A DNA stretch of 64,000 bases from a virus. Lineage: Duplodnaviria > Caudoviricetes. The notes below the pieces were generated by a model that ran no database searches, was not told the origin of the DNA, and saw only the letters and a program-made list of their open reading frames with translations. Location of the stretch: IMG/VR virus record IMGVR_UViG_3300028048_000120, positions 19,744 through 83,743 of that record. The stretch is one strand, 5' to 3'. This document shows positions 25,938-37,002 of this stretch, one piece after another; the stretch's first letter is position 1, and each line of letters opens with the position of its first letter. Position numbers and translations under genes: made by a program.

Positions 25938-28900
25938 ATGAGTGGAGAAGTTTGCCTTATTATGACTCCTAAATTGGAGGAATTATACAACAAATTACAG
26001 AGTAAATACCCTAAAGAATGTGAAGCATCCTTGGTAAATAAAAATGTTTTTCTAGGTTGGGTAGAATTATATCAAAAAGATTTTAATAAAACTCCTGACT
26101 TTACACCAGATTTAAAATCACTTGTTCCTTATGTTGAAAATCTTAGAAAGAGAGAAGGAAGATCTTTCCTTAATAAAGAGATAGCTCAAAAAAGTGAAGC
26201 TAATTCTACATTGGTACAATTTATAAAGGATATTGAAACTTTAGCTGGTTATTATGAAGGAGGAGGTAGAGTTCTTTCTGATGATGTACCTAATTTCCCT
26301 AATGAATTAGATGATAAATTAAATGACTATTTCATGGAGGGTAAGGAACTTTCTTTAGATGACTATAGAAAGCTTTGGAAAGTTCTAGAATTTAAAGATG
26401 GTAAGGTATATGCAAGAAAACCAACAACAACTGAAGATAATAAGCAAGATATTGTTACTCAGCTTATAGATCAATTAAAGGCTTCAGGTATTACTGTTCT
26501 TGGTAAAGCTGATATGGAAAAATATCTAACAGAGAAAGGTAAACTAGACCCTGTTTACACTTTGCAAGCCATTAAGGAGAATAAAGAAATGCAAGATATT
26601 AAAGCCAAAGCTCTTGCTGATGGTACTTTCATGAAAGCTCCTAATGGTAAACCTACTAATCTTACTGAAAGACAGTGGCTTCAAGTTAGAACTAAAGCTT
26701 TTAAAGAATGGTTTGGTGATTGGGAGAATGACCCTACTAATGCTTCTAAAGTAGTAGATGAGAATGGTGAACCTAAAGTAATGTTTAGGACTGATGGAGC
26801 TAACAAGACTGTTATGGGTAGGGGTGACGAAGGATCTTTTTTTGCTACTGACAATCTTTCTGTTGCTGGTTCTTATGCTTCAAAAGAAGCAAGTTTATAT
26901 AAAGGGTTTGTTAGTTTAAAGAATCCATATATTATTAAGGGAGAATCACATGGTTTTTTCTTTGAATATAAAGGCAAAGAAACTACAGTACAAGAAGCAC
27001 AATCATCTTTAATAGAAGAAGGATATGATGGTGTTTATTTTGAGCGTACTTGGGATGTAGGAGATAGGGTAAATGTAGGTAAGGATTATTGGGCAAACAA
27101 TGTTGCGATGTTTAATCCTAACCAATTTAAATCAGCTACTGATAACAATGGCGAGTTCTCTACTGAGAATGATGATATTCAGATGTTTATTGGCAAGAAA
27201 GCGTATGGCAACCCTCTTACAAGGGACTTGTATTATGCAGAAAATCAATATAAGAAAACAATACAGCAAATAAATAGTTTGGAAAGAGAATTAAATAGTA
27301 ATATCTATGAAGATTCAATTTCAACTAAAAATGGCAGTATTAAGATAGTACAAAATGAGAGATCAAAAGATTCTTCTGAATATGATAGAGATACTATTAC
27401 TTTAAGTTCTGGTAGATCTATTTTTGGTAGGGTAAGTATATCTATTCAAGCTAATGTTAGCAAAAATCTGATAGGTGGTTCTATCCTTTTCCCAAGTATA
27501 GAAATTAATAATCCTAACAATAATTATCTCCGTTTAGAAAACCCAATCAGAAGTAATCATGCAAGCCTCTTAAAAACAGTATTACAATACTTTATTGACA
27601 ACGGGCACAATAAACCTCATACACAATGGACTCTATATGCTGGAGGCAAATATGGTAAAGAGTATAATTATAAAGGAAGAATTAAAAACCTAAGTAAAGT
27701 CTTAGGTGTAGATGTATCTCCATATTTCCAGTTTGAAATGAGAGATGGTAAAGAGGAGAATACAGTAGAAGAGAGAGTTATTGTTGATGCTAAAGGTCTA
27801 ATAGAGGCACTTCCAACATTAGTTGATACAAAAGCTTTTTCTAAACTTACTGACGTTTTGCAGTCCAATGAGCAAAACAATGTTGACTATATTCTCAAGA
27901 GGAAAAATCTTACTCAACAGCTACATGAGTTAAATAAACAACGTGATGTAGAATGGAAGAAAGTTCAAGACATTAAAAAGAAGATTAAAAATGAATTAGA
28001 TGCATCATCTGACCTTCCATTTTTTATAACTCCTGAAGGTGAAGTCTATGGCTTTGTAGATGAGAAAGGTAATATATATCTTGATGAAACTGTAATCTCT
28101 CCAGAACATCCTATTCATGAATACACTCATCTTTGGGATACAATTCTTGCTAAAAAGAATCCTGCATTATGGAATAGAGGAAAGCAGTTGCTTAAAGATA
28201 AGAATCTTAAACTTAAAGGACATGAAAAGAGTATATGGCAAGAAATAGAAGAAGATCCTAACTATGGTCTAAAATGGGATAAAACAAAAGCACATTATGA
28301 AGACTATGTAGCTTCTGAAGTTCATGCTAGACTTACAGGAAAGAAAGGTCTTCAGCTTTTAGATGAAATAGCTAAGCAGAAAGGTAGTAAAAATATTATT
28401 AGTAAACTTAAACAGTGGATTTTGGATGTTTATAAAGAGTTAAAGGCTACTTTCTCTAAATGGACTCCAGAAGAGCTTGATAAGCTTACTATAAAGGACT
28501 TTACTTACATGACTCTTAGAGATTTTACATCTGGTATGGATTTATCTAATGTTCCTACAATATTAAAAGAAACTTCTGATCCTAATATTAGTAAGGAACA
28601 AATAAATGAAGCTAGAAATGCACTATATCATATCATACAAACTTCTAAATTTAGAATAGATCAAATACAAGATAAAATTAAATGGAACAAAGCAACAAAT
28701 GAAGATATTCAAAATTTGAATAAATACAAAGTAAAACTCAAAGAAGATACAGAACTTCTTGCTGGCTTAGATACAGGAAAATCTGAAGTATATATAAATG
28801 AATATAATACTCCTATGGTAAGATGGGTGAATAAAAAAGAAAAACCATCATCACCAGCAGAACAGTCTTTAATTAATAGTGCTGTTCAAAAACATCAAGG

Positions 28901-31900
28901 TAATTGGTCAAGGCAAGAAGCCCAAAATAATCCAAAAATCCTTTATGTATTTACTGATAATACAGACAGAGATAGTGGCTCTGGTATAATTCCTGCTGAT
29001 AGCTGGTACTCTAAGAAATATGGTGCAGGTCATCATTTTCCAACAATGACTGCTGCTGTAGTCAGAGGATTGGATAATTCTAGACCTATAAGTACTCAGA
29101 GATGGTACCATCAAGGAGCCAAAGGTACTACAGGTAGATGGACTGATGCTGACATAGAAGAATTTAAAAAAGTAATTCGTGAAGAACTCCAGGAAATAGT
29201 AAATGAATTTAATACTGGAAAATATGATACTATCATGTTTCCTGATGGAGATGGTTTGTTTAATACTCGTATATCTGCCATCTCAAAAACAAGAACTCCT
29301 AAACTTTATCAGGCTTTAGGAGAATTGCTGCATGAATTTGGGTTTGACAGCTTAATCCCTTCTGATATTACAATTTCTAATTCTACTGCTCCTACTAGTA
29401 CATTAAATATCACACCTGCAAAACCCGTTGATAAGAAAGCAGCAGCTAAAGGTTCTATATCTAATAAGTTTATAGGATTTGCTGAGGGAATTGCTGGCTC
29501 CTCTACTGCTGAGTATGCAAGACAAGCAGGGGACAAGGCTAATGTTGGCAGTTATAACGTTAATGATGTTGTGTTTGTATCAATTCCAGGTTTAAGAGGG
29601 AATGAGATTGTAAGACACCAACAGCAAGATAAAACTATTGCAGAAGCTTTAAAGGCACTAGAAGCTGGAGCTACTTTGGTAACAGATAACAAAGCCTATA
29701 CACAGAGCAGTACTTATAATGAAGGTGAAAAAAAGCTTGCTAAAGCTCTTGAAAAAGCTGGGGCTGTTTATTCTGAGAAAATTGTTAATAACCAAACATT
29801 AGGAATATGGATTTTACCTAGTACTAAAAATACTGGTTTAAATAATATTACTGCATATAATTCTGATAATGTTGTAGATAAAACTCCTAAACCAGCAATA
29901 CAAAAGAAGGAAGTAAAAGAGATAAGTAATCCTAGATCTGAAGCTATAAAATCTGCTCTTGAAATAAGTAAGAATGAGGATAGGGAATATCATGAAGCAT
30001 TTTCACCTAGACAAATAGCTGATTTAGGAGAATATTTTGGTAAGGTATTTAGTCGTAAGCTTGATGTAATAGAAGGAGACAGAATTGATGAATTAAATGA
30101 ATTACTATCTGATGATAGTTATACTAAAAAAGAAAAAGAAGAGATAAGGGAAACTCTTAATAAGTTTGAAGATCCTATAAAAGGTAGACAACTTATAGCT
30201 CAGGAATATGGTATTAATAACCTTATTAATGATGTATTAAAAGAAGTAAAAGGAAATATTGAGGATGCTGAGGAATATAATAATGAAGATGAACTTGTAT
30301 TATGGACTAATGCAAAAAAGTACTTTACTAAAATATTCAATGAGCAGACAACCTTAAATATTGAAGAAGCTGAAGGTATCAGAATAGTAGACTTAGAAGT
30401 TAAAGAAAATACTACAGATGATCCTAATAATGATGAAGATGAAGATGATGACACTTCTCAGTATGCTGATAAAGAAGCCAGTGGTTGGTTATATAAAGCA
30501 CGTTATACAGACCCAGCAAGTACTCTATCTAAAAAAGTTAAGAGGTTATTTAGTTATATAGAAAAGGAGGTTTTAGTAATAGATAAAGATGGTAATGGTA
30601 AATATGTAACAGAGAAGAATAGTATAGGAATGCCTAAATACTATTCTACTAGTCAGGTATATGCAACTTTCCTTTCTTACTTCTCTAATAATGTGAAAAA
30701 CCCTGATTCTTTCATGTATATATGTAAAACATATAATGAACTGGTAGAAGCTATAGGAGAGGATGAAGTTAAAGAATGGGTAGCTGAAGATGAGGAAGAA
30801 TTTAAAGAAGAGTATCCTTATGGCTATCCTTTGTTCCCAGCTCTTGAAGAGATGGAAAAACAGTATCCTTGGGTAAAGGGAATAATTGGAAAGCTTACAA
30901 ATGATTTTTGGAAGGGTAATACTTACCATACCTATGGTACATTAAGTTCTCAAATGTATTCAGGATTAAAATTAGCATTCATTCCTTATGATAAGTATGA
31001 TAAAACTGCTGGTAGATTAAGGTATCTTAATCATGATATGGCTGAACAAGTAATGCTTGAAAAGCTTAAAACCAATTATTATAATGGTATTACTCTTACT
31101 AATACATCTATTTATAATAGTGATGGGAGTATCAATGTTGAGCATCTTCAGGAATTAAAAGAGAATGGCTATGGTCATGTGGATACAGGCTTAAAGCCAC
31201 TTACTACAGATGCTTCAGAAGAGGAAATAAAAATTTATAATGAAGTCATTAAGGAGTATCTAAATTATATAAGATCTTTTGGTATTGATATGAATGCAAA
31301 TGCCGTAGTTGCCTTAGTTGCTTCAGAAAGAATAGGTGGCTTCCTCAGGAGACTAGGATATATACAAGATGTTATAAGTAAACAAATAGAAAGTGGGGCA
31401 AAGAGTGCAGATACCTTTGATTACATGGTAGACGTCAGACACCTCAAGAGTGATGTAAATCTATGGAAAGACTTATTCACAGGAGCAGGTATAATCACTG
31501 ATGACCAATATGTACAGAGTTTCCGTGATTCAGCTACTAAGAAAACTAAGTATAGTTACTCATCAGATAACTATATTATGAATACTTTCAGAAGTATAGG
31601 TATGGGAAGTCTCGAAGACAGAAGAGCATATATTGATGAACACTATAGTAAATATGAATGGTTCAGAAATCAGAAAACAGGAGAATGGAGAAATTATTGG
31701 CTTGATATATTCTATAATAGAGGAATAGATAATTTGAAAGGATCTGTTGATGAGTTCCTTTTACCAGCTTATAGAAATGTAGATAATGTAGAGGATGAGA
31801 AAAAAGGCAAACCTGTAGTAAGAAAATACTCTAAATGGACTGCTGAGGATATATTTGATATTCAGCAAAGTGGTTATGACCAAAAAAAGAATTGGGCATT

Positions 31901-34900
31901 TTATCTTGCTCCTATCTTCTCTGATAGTCCTATGTCTTTAATGGTTAGGGGTCCTAAATTCACTATGAAGGAGCTTATTGAAAAACATAAGGATCAGATA
32001 CTTAAAGGTAATAGACTTGTTGATGTAGATAGAAGGGGTGCTTTTGTTGAACTTGTAAGACAGGAATTAGTTAGAATTAAGTATGAAGTGGAGAGACAAA
32101 AAGCTATTAAAGCTGGTAAGATTCTACCAATAGATAATTTTGATTATGGTAATGCTCTTAAATTTTGCTTTATTCCTGAATTAAATGACTATACAATTAA
32201 TGGTAAGACTCTTAAGGAAGCTATAGCAAATGCACAGAAAGACTTAGCCACTGATGATGAGATAGATGATATTATAAGAGAGTATGTAAAAGAAGTTTTA
32301 GAGCCTAATTTTATAAATTATTACTCTACTAATATGAAAGGTTTTGATGATATAAGTGACTTTAAAAAAGACCAATTGAGAGTAAGATACTATAATATGG
32401 TATATGCTAATGCTTCAATGATTCAATTACTTACTGTTGATTTAGCTTTCTATAAGAACTTTATTGACTTTCAAAAGAGATGGAAAGAAGTGTACTCAGG
32501 AGGCAACAAGCCTAATACCAGCTCTAGATTTGGTAAGAAGACAGAGAATGTTGCTGTACTAAGGGATATTATCATTACTTCTCCTTCATACTCTCGTGTT
32601 GCTGCTGCTGTAGATAGAAATCAAAATCTAAGTAAGGAAGATAAGGAGCATATCAAGGGTATATTTAAAAATGTAAATGTAGCAGATGCACAAGCTATCA
32701 GAAGCCTAAAGAGCTTTAGGGCTGTAATGGATATGCTTGGAAAGTGGTCTCTAGCACATGATAAAGCTCTTGAGAACTTTAGTAATAATAACTGGAATAG
32801 AGCAGACTTTGATGCCATCATGAATATCCTAAAACCATTTCTGTATGGTGTCATAGATACTCCTGATGGTCTAGGTAATCATATACCTATGCCAGTACAG
32901 CATAAGAACTCTGAGATATGTGCTTTGATGATGTATAGCCTTGTAGCAAATAGTCTTAATAATTCCCCAGTATACAAGGCATTATCTAGATTCATGGATG
33001 AGACAGTAGGCTCTGATGGTGAATCTTTGATAGATATGATTGAATTTGAATCTGCTAGTAAAGTATGTAATCAAGGTGTAATCAATATATCTTTTTCTCC
33101 TAAGAAAGTTAAAAACTTTATTGCACATGGATTTGATACTTATGGTATTAAAATGGACCCTATAAAAGATGACAATGGTAAAATAATACCTGTTAACAGT
33201 AATACTGTTGAAACCTATTATAGTTATATTAAGGATAGTCTTGATAATATGCTTGATAAAGGAACTATTACTCAAGATAAATATAATGAGATTATGTCAA
33301 AGCTTGCTCCTTCAGAGGATGAAATAATCAGTATACTTAAATCTGCAACAACAATTGTAGATAATGACGGTAATACTGTTATAAATCCCCAAAGAGTAAA
33401 GACTATTCCATTTGATTATTATTCAGAATCACAACATGTTCCCCTTCACCATGAAGATGCTAAAGTACCTCATGGTTCTCAGGCAAGAAACCTTGCAGTA
33501 GCAGATATATCTGATAACACATCAATAGAACTTAAAGGTAAGGGAGAAAAACAGCAATTCAAGGGTCAAGATATAGTAGATTTCTACTATAAACTACTCA
33601 ATGAGAATCTATTGGAAGATTATTTTGGTGCTGATGGTAAAGGAGGTTTATCTGAAATCTTTAGTAGCAATGAATCACTTGCTGAAGCTATAAAGGATGT
33701 TGTAAGAGGTAATCCTAAATATGATAGAGGATTTATGGAAGCACTAGAATTACATGATGGAAAGTTTAATTTATCATTAAACTCTCCTACAATGTTCAGT
33801 GCAATACAGAGTATTGTTACAGCATTCTTCAGAAATAGAATAACCAAACAGAAGGTAGATGGTGCTACTTTGGTGCAAGCAGCAGGTGTAGGTTTGAACA
33901 AAGACCTTAGACTTAAATTTGATGATAATGGTAAACTTATAGGATTGGAGTGCTATCTCCCTGTTACTTCCAAAGCTTTATTTGAACCTCTTCTTACTAC
34001 TGATGCAGAAGGCAATACAATACTTGATCCTAAGAAGCTAGAGGAGTTTGGTCTTAATGAAGCTGTAGGTTATCGTATTCCTACTGAGAATAAATCTAGT
34101 ATGGCTCCTCTTATTATTAAAGGATTTACTCCTATACAAAATGGTTCAGTGATAATATTACCAGCAGAAATTACTGCATTGGCTGGTTCTGATTTTGATG
34201 TTGATAAATTGTTCCTCATCCTTTCATCCTTTAGTGTAAGAAACTATAATATGGCTAAGGCTTGGGAAGATTTTGCAAAGGAAAATAATATTAAAGTCAA
34301 TATCACTAATAGTATAGATATAAGTCGTATTTCAGATGAGGAGTTCTTTTCTTATCTAAATGAGATTGGTTTTGATGAATCATTTAACAAATGGTTTAAT
34401 AGAAAAACTGGAAATAAAACAGTTGCAGGTATAGCAATTATTAATAAGGACCAGTATCTCTTAAGAGATAAGAAGACAGGTGAACCTAAGCCTGAGGTAT
34501 TTGCTGTTAAATATGATTTCAATAAATCCCCTAAAGAGAATGGAAGGAAAGCTAGGAATAATATGATTCTTCAAATTACTAATCAGATACTTCGTTCTAA
34601 GGAAGGTTCTGAAGCTTTCTTAAATCCTCAAGGATTCAAGGATGTAGAGGATGCTGCAAACTTCATGCGTGTATTAAATGCATTTAAGTCTGGATCTTCT
34701 GAAATTATAGACCTTATCCCAGGAGAGACATATACAGAAAAATTAAGTAATTTAACCAAGCTAGAATCTAAGGAATTAAGTGCTTTAACTAAGAAGATTA
34801 AAAATCCTGTAGCTCCAGTATATCCACAAACTTTTGCAAAGCTTCATGCTCAAAATATGGCAGGTGTAGAGCAACTTTGTATTTATGCTGTACAAGCTTC

Positions 34901-36956
34901 TATGAGTGCTAAGCACCAAAGAGCTAATATTGTGATCAAACCTTACTTACAATTTACTATTAATGGTAGGACTATAGATAGAATTGATACTTCTAGAGGA
35001 GGTAGGACAGTAAAGAATACTAACCAAATGGTAGGTGCTGCTGCTGATAATGGTAAAAATCCTACCCTATCAGCTATGGGTTCTACAAGTAATACTGCTT
35101 CTGTTATAGGTACTCTATTAAGGGAAGGTCTTACACACAAAGAAGCTGCTCTTATAGTAAACTCTCCTTATATGCAATTATCTAAGGAGAAACTAATGAG
35201 ACTCATGAATGGTAAATTTCCTGAAAAGAATGAGGTTACTACCGATATGCTTATACGTGTTTATGTAGATTCAAATGGTACTAATAAAATAGCAAGTGAG
35301 GATGATATTTACAATGTAATGGCTTTATGCTACAAAGTAAAAAGTCAACATACTTCTATTGAGTTTGTCAATAAGGTTTCAAGAGCAGATTCACCTAATG
35401 GAGGTATGAAGAGTTCTTATGCAGGATGTCGTGTTCAGAGATATAAGGTAGATGTGCTACAAGCTATGATGGGTCAGAAAACCTTTGCTTTTGAGCCTAT
35501 TAAGGAAACTCTAAGCAATGATGCTATAAATATGACTGGTTCTGAAGATGAGATAAGAAAGCAGTTATACAATCAAAGAATGGGATTGCTTCATGGTATG
35601 TATGCTTTGGGTATTAATTCTTTTGACACATTAACAAAAAACTTCTTCTTTGGTTCTCAAAAGTGGTTTGATGATAAGATTATAAAACCTATCTTATATA
35701 ATCTTCCTGTAGATACTTCGGACAATACACTGATAGATATTGTAAATAGTGTATATAAAGCCTATGTAGTATACAGACTATCCGATTCTAAATTATTTGG
35801 TAATGATGACCAGTATACTATGGAGGAAAAGAGAAAGTACTACACAGAGAAATTCCCTGAGGATTTCAAGAAACTTATAGCAAGTAATAAAGAAGTGCGA
35901 AATCTATTAGGTAATATCTTTACTGTAAAGATGGGCAGAATCATGTTCCTTGATGCTAGTAATATTAATAAAAAACAAATGGCTATAGTTAGAACTAGGG
36001 TAGGAGACCTAAGATATAGCAAGGATGAGGAAGTAAGAAAACTGGCAACTGATTTACTTCTATACTCTTATTACGAGAATGGATTGCAGTTTAGTAATAC
36101 TTCAATATCTTCAGCTTTCAGTACAGACTTCCTAATGAGTTTTAAGGAGTATAGCAAAGTATTGGAAGATATGAATAAAGAGGTTAGTGAAGAAGATACT
36201 AGGAACTTCATTCATCAATTCCTATCATTTAACCATGAAATGGCTGTACTTGTTCCCCCTTCATTAAGGGATAATTTAATGTGGGACAAATCTACTGGAG
36301 ACCTGCTTATTATGAATAATGGTAAGAATACAATCAAAAAGATGACAAGTCCTATACTTTCTCCTAATCCTAATGGTGATATTAATATGTACAAGTATGT
36401 TATATGGATGGGACAGATTTATATCTATGATAAAGAAGCTACTGAAAACCAAGGTTATGCGTCCTTGGTATATCATAGAGTGCCTATTTATAGTAACTCT
36501 AAAATGCATCCTGTTTTCAATAGTAATTTAAAGGTTTCAGATTTGGAAAGTCTTTACTCTATTACAGCAAAAGAGGGGAGAAAGAAAGAAGATAAGGATA
36601 TACATGATGAAGGTCTTATACAAGAGGCAAAGAATAGACAAGGATTAGGTAAAGTAGAAGATAAGAATATGCTATATGATTATGAGGATATGGAGAATGA
36701 ACCATTTAATTATATGGATGTGGCTACTCAAGACTATAATATAGAAGATCAAAATACAGATGACTTATCAGGAAAAACTGATATATCTGTAAATCCAAAA
36801 TTTGACCATGATCTTAATGAAGATTATCTAGAAAATCTACTTAAAGAGGCAGGTACTAAGACAATTAATGTAGATGTATCTGATAATATGTCGGATACTT
36901 CCCAGTATAGTAAAGAAGGCAATGATACTCTAGATACACAAATGTGTATTGGTTAA
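25938..36956 (+). CDS. Crassvirales virion RNA polymerase (phi14:2 gp66-like) fused to N-terminal polyvalent domains
   Basis: YRIPTE at about 34071, GSDFDVDK catalytic loop at about 34185-34208, HEYTH zincin at 28116-28130, ART-PolyVal-like WFGDW...SKVVDENGEP segment. Confidence 0.9.
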   Translation: MSGEVCLIMTPKLEELYNKLQSKYPKECEASLVNKNVFLGWVELYQKDFNKTPDFTPDLKSLVPYVENLRKREGRSFLNKEIAQKSEANSTLVQFIKDIETLAGYYEGGGRVLSDDVPNFPNELDDKLNDYFMEGKELSLDDYRKLWKVLEFKDGKVYARKPTTTEDNKQDIVTQLIDQLKASGITVLGKADMEKYLTEKGKLDPVYTLQAIKENKEMQDIKAKALADGTFMKAPNGKPTNLTERQWLQVRTKAFKEWFGDWENDPTNASKVVDENGEPKVMFRTDGANKTVMGRGDEGSFFATDNLSVAGSYASKEASLYKGFVSLKNPYIIKGESHGFFFEYKGKETTVQEAQSSLIEEGYDGVYFERTWDVGDRVNVGKDYWANNVAMFNPNQFKSATDNNGEFSTENDDIQMFIGKKAYGNPLTRDLYYAENQYKKTIQQINSLERELNSNIYEDSISTKNGSIKIVQNERSKDSSEYDRDTITLSSGRSIFGRVSISIQANVSKNLIGGSILFPSIEINNPNNNYLRLENPIRSNHASLLKTVLQYFIDNGHNKPHTQWTLYAGGKYGKEYNYKGRIKNLSKVLGVDVSPYFQFEMRDGKEENTVEERVIVDAKGLIEALPTLVDTKAFSKLTDVLQSNEQNNVDYILKRKNLTQQLHELNKQRDVEWKKVQDIKKKIKNELDASSDLPFFITPEGEVYGFVDEKGNIYLDETVISPEHPIHEYTHLWDTILAKKNPALWNRGKQLLKDKNLKLKGHEKSIWQEIEEDPNYGLKWDKTKAHYEDYVASEVHARLTGKKGLQLLDEIAKQKGSKNIISKLKQWILDVYKELKATFSKWTPEELDKLTIKDFTYMTLRDFTSGMDLSNVPTILKETSDPNISKEQINEARNALYHIIQTSKFRIDQIQDKIKWNKATNEDIQNLNKYKVKLKEDTELLAGLDTGKSEVYINEYNTPMVRWVNKKEKPSSPAEQSLINSAVQKHQGNWSRQEAQNNPKILYVFTDNTDRDSGSGIIPADSWYSKKYGAGHHFPTMTAAVVRGLDNSRPISTQRWYHQGAKGTTGRWTDADIEEFKKVIREELQEIVNEFNTGKYDTIMFPDGDGLFNTRISAISKTRTPKLYQALGELLHEFGFDSLIPSDITISNSTAPTSTLNITPAKPVDKKAAAKGSISNKFIGFAEGIAGSSTAEYARQAGDKANVGSYNVNDVVFVSIPGLRGNEIVRHQQQDKTIAEALKALEAGATLVTDNKAYTQSSTYNEGEKKLAKALEKAGAVYSEKIVNNQTLGIWILPSTKNTGLNNITAYNSDNVVDKTPKPAIQKKEVKEISNPRSEAIKSALEISKNEDREYHEAFSPRQIADLGEYFGKVFSRKLDVIEGDRIDELNELLSDDSYTKKEKEEIRETLNKFEDPIKGRQLIAQEYGINNLINDVLKEVKGNIEDAEEYNNEDELVLWTNAKKYFTKIFNEQTTLNIEEAEGIRIVDLEVKENTTDDPNNDEDEDDDTSQYADKEASGWLYKARYTDPASTLSKKVKRLFSYIEKEVLVIDKDGNGKYVTEKNSIGMPKYYSTSQVYATFLSYFSNNVKNPDSFMYICKTYNELVEAIGEDEVKEWVAEDEEEFKEEYPYGYPLFPALEEMEKQYPWVKGIIGKLTNDFWKGNTYHTYGTLSSQMYSGLKLAFIPYDKYDKTAGRLRYLNHDMAEQVMLEKLKTNYYNGITLTNTSIYNSDGSINVEHLQELKENGYGHVDTGLKPLTTDASEEEIKIYNEVIKEYLNYIRSFGIDMNANAVVALVASERIGGFLRRLGYIQDVISKQIESGAKSADTFDYMVDVRHLKSDVNLWKDLFTGAGIITDDQYVQSFRDSATKKTKYSYSSDNYIMNTFRSIGMGSLEDRRAYIDEHYSKYEWFRNQKTGEWRNYWLDIFYNRGIDNLKGSVDEFLLPAYRNVDNVEDEKKGKPVVRKYSKWTAEDIFDIQQSGYDQKKNWAFYLAPIFSDSPMSLMVRGPKFTMKELIEKHKDQILKGNRLVDVDRRGAFVELVRQELVRIKYEVERQKAIKAGKILPIDNFDYGNALKFCFIPELNDYTINGKTLKEAIANAQKDLATDDEIDDIIREYVKEVLEPNFINYYSTNMKGFDDISDFKKDQLRVRYYNMVYANASMIQLLTVDLAFYKNFIDFQKRWKEVYSGGNKPNTSSRFGKKTENVAVLRDIIITSPSYSRVAAAVDRNQNLSKEDKEHIKGIFKNVNVADAQAIRSLKSFRAVMDMLGKWSLAHDKALENFSNNNWNRADFDAIMNILKPFLYGVIDTPDGLGNHIPMPVQHKNSEICALMMYSLVANSLNNSPVYKALSRFMDETVGSDGESLIDMIEFESASKVCNQGVINISFSPKKVKNFIAHGFDTYGIKMDPIKDDNGKIIPVNSNTVETYYSYIKDSLDNMLDKGTITQDKYNEIMSKLAPSEDEIISILKSATTIVDNDGNTVINPQRVKTIPFDYYSESQHVPLHHEDAKVPHGSQARNLAVADISDNTSIELKGKGEKQQFKGQDIVDFYYKLLNENLLEDYFGADGKGGLSEIFSSNESLAEAIKDVVRGNPKYDRGFMEALELHDGKFNLSLNSPTMFSAIQSIVTAFFRNRITKQKVDGATLVQAAGVGLNKDLRLKFDDNGKLIGLECYLPVTSKALFEPLLTTDAEGNTILDPKKLEEFGLNEAVGYRIPTENKSSMAPLIIKGFTPIQNGSVIILPAEITALAGSDFDVDKLFLILSSFSVRNYNMAKAWEDFAKENNIKVNITNSIDISRISDEEFFSYLNEIGFDESFNKWFNRKTGNKTVAGIAIINKDQYLLRDKKTGEPKPEVFAVKYDFNKSPKENGRKARNNMILQITNQILRSKEGSEAFLNPQGFKDVEDAANFMRVLNAFKSGSSEIIDLIPGETYTEKLSNLTKLESKELSALTKKIKNPVAPVYPQTFAKLHAQNMAGVEQLCIYAVQASMSAKHQRANIVIKPYLQFTINGRTIDRIDTSRGGRTVKNTNQMVGAAADNGKNPTLSAMGSTSNTASVIGTLLREGLTHKEAALIVNSPYMQLSKEKLMRLMNGKFPEKNEVTTDMLIRVYVDSNGTNKIASEDDIYNVMALCYKVKSQHTSIEFVNKVSRADSPNGGMKSSYAGCRVQRYKVDVLQAMMGQKTFAFEPIKETLSNDAINMTGSEDEIRKQLYNQRMGLLHGMYALGINSFDTLTKNFFFGSQKWFDDKIIKPILYNLPVDTSDNTLIDIVNSVYKAYVVYRLSDSKLFGNDDQYTMEEKRKYYTEKFPEDFKKLIASNKEVRNLLGNIFTVKMGRIMFLDASNINKKQMAIVRTRVGDLRYSKDEEVRKLATDLLLYSYYENGLQFSNTSISSAFSTDFLMSFKEYSKVLEDMNKEVSEEDTRNFIHQFLSFNHEMAVLVPPSLRDNLMWDKSTGDLLIMNNGKNTIKKMTSPILSPNPNGDINMYKYVIWMGQIYIYDKEATENQGYASLVYHRVPIYSNSKMHPVFNSNLKVSDLESLYSITAKEGRKKEDKDIHDEGLIQEAKNRQGLGKVEDKNMLYDYEDMENEPFNYMDVATQDYNIEDQNTDDLSGKTDISVNPKFDHDLNEDYLENLLKEAGTKTINVDVSDNMSDTSQYSKEGNDTLDTQMCIG

Positions 36957-36968
36957 TATGGTTATTTA

Positions 36969-37002
36969 AAAAGGAGGGTTGAAAAATCCTCCTTTTATTT
37001 TT
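36969..37002. terminator. Bidirectional terminator after RNAP
   Basis: aaaaggagg...cctcctttt stem with A/T runs, between convergent genes. Confidence 0.75.

Noticed and set aside
25938-36956. Intein or group I intron in the RNAP gene
   Set aside because: The frame is continuous, and I recognised no Hint splice-junction or LAGLIDADG/HNH motifs by eye.
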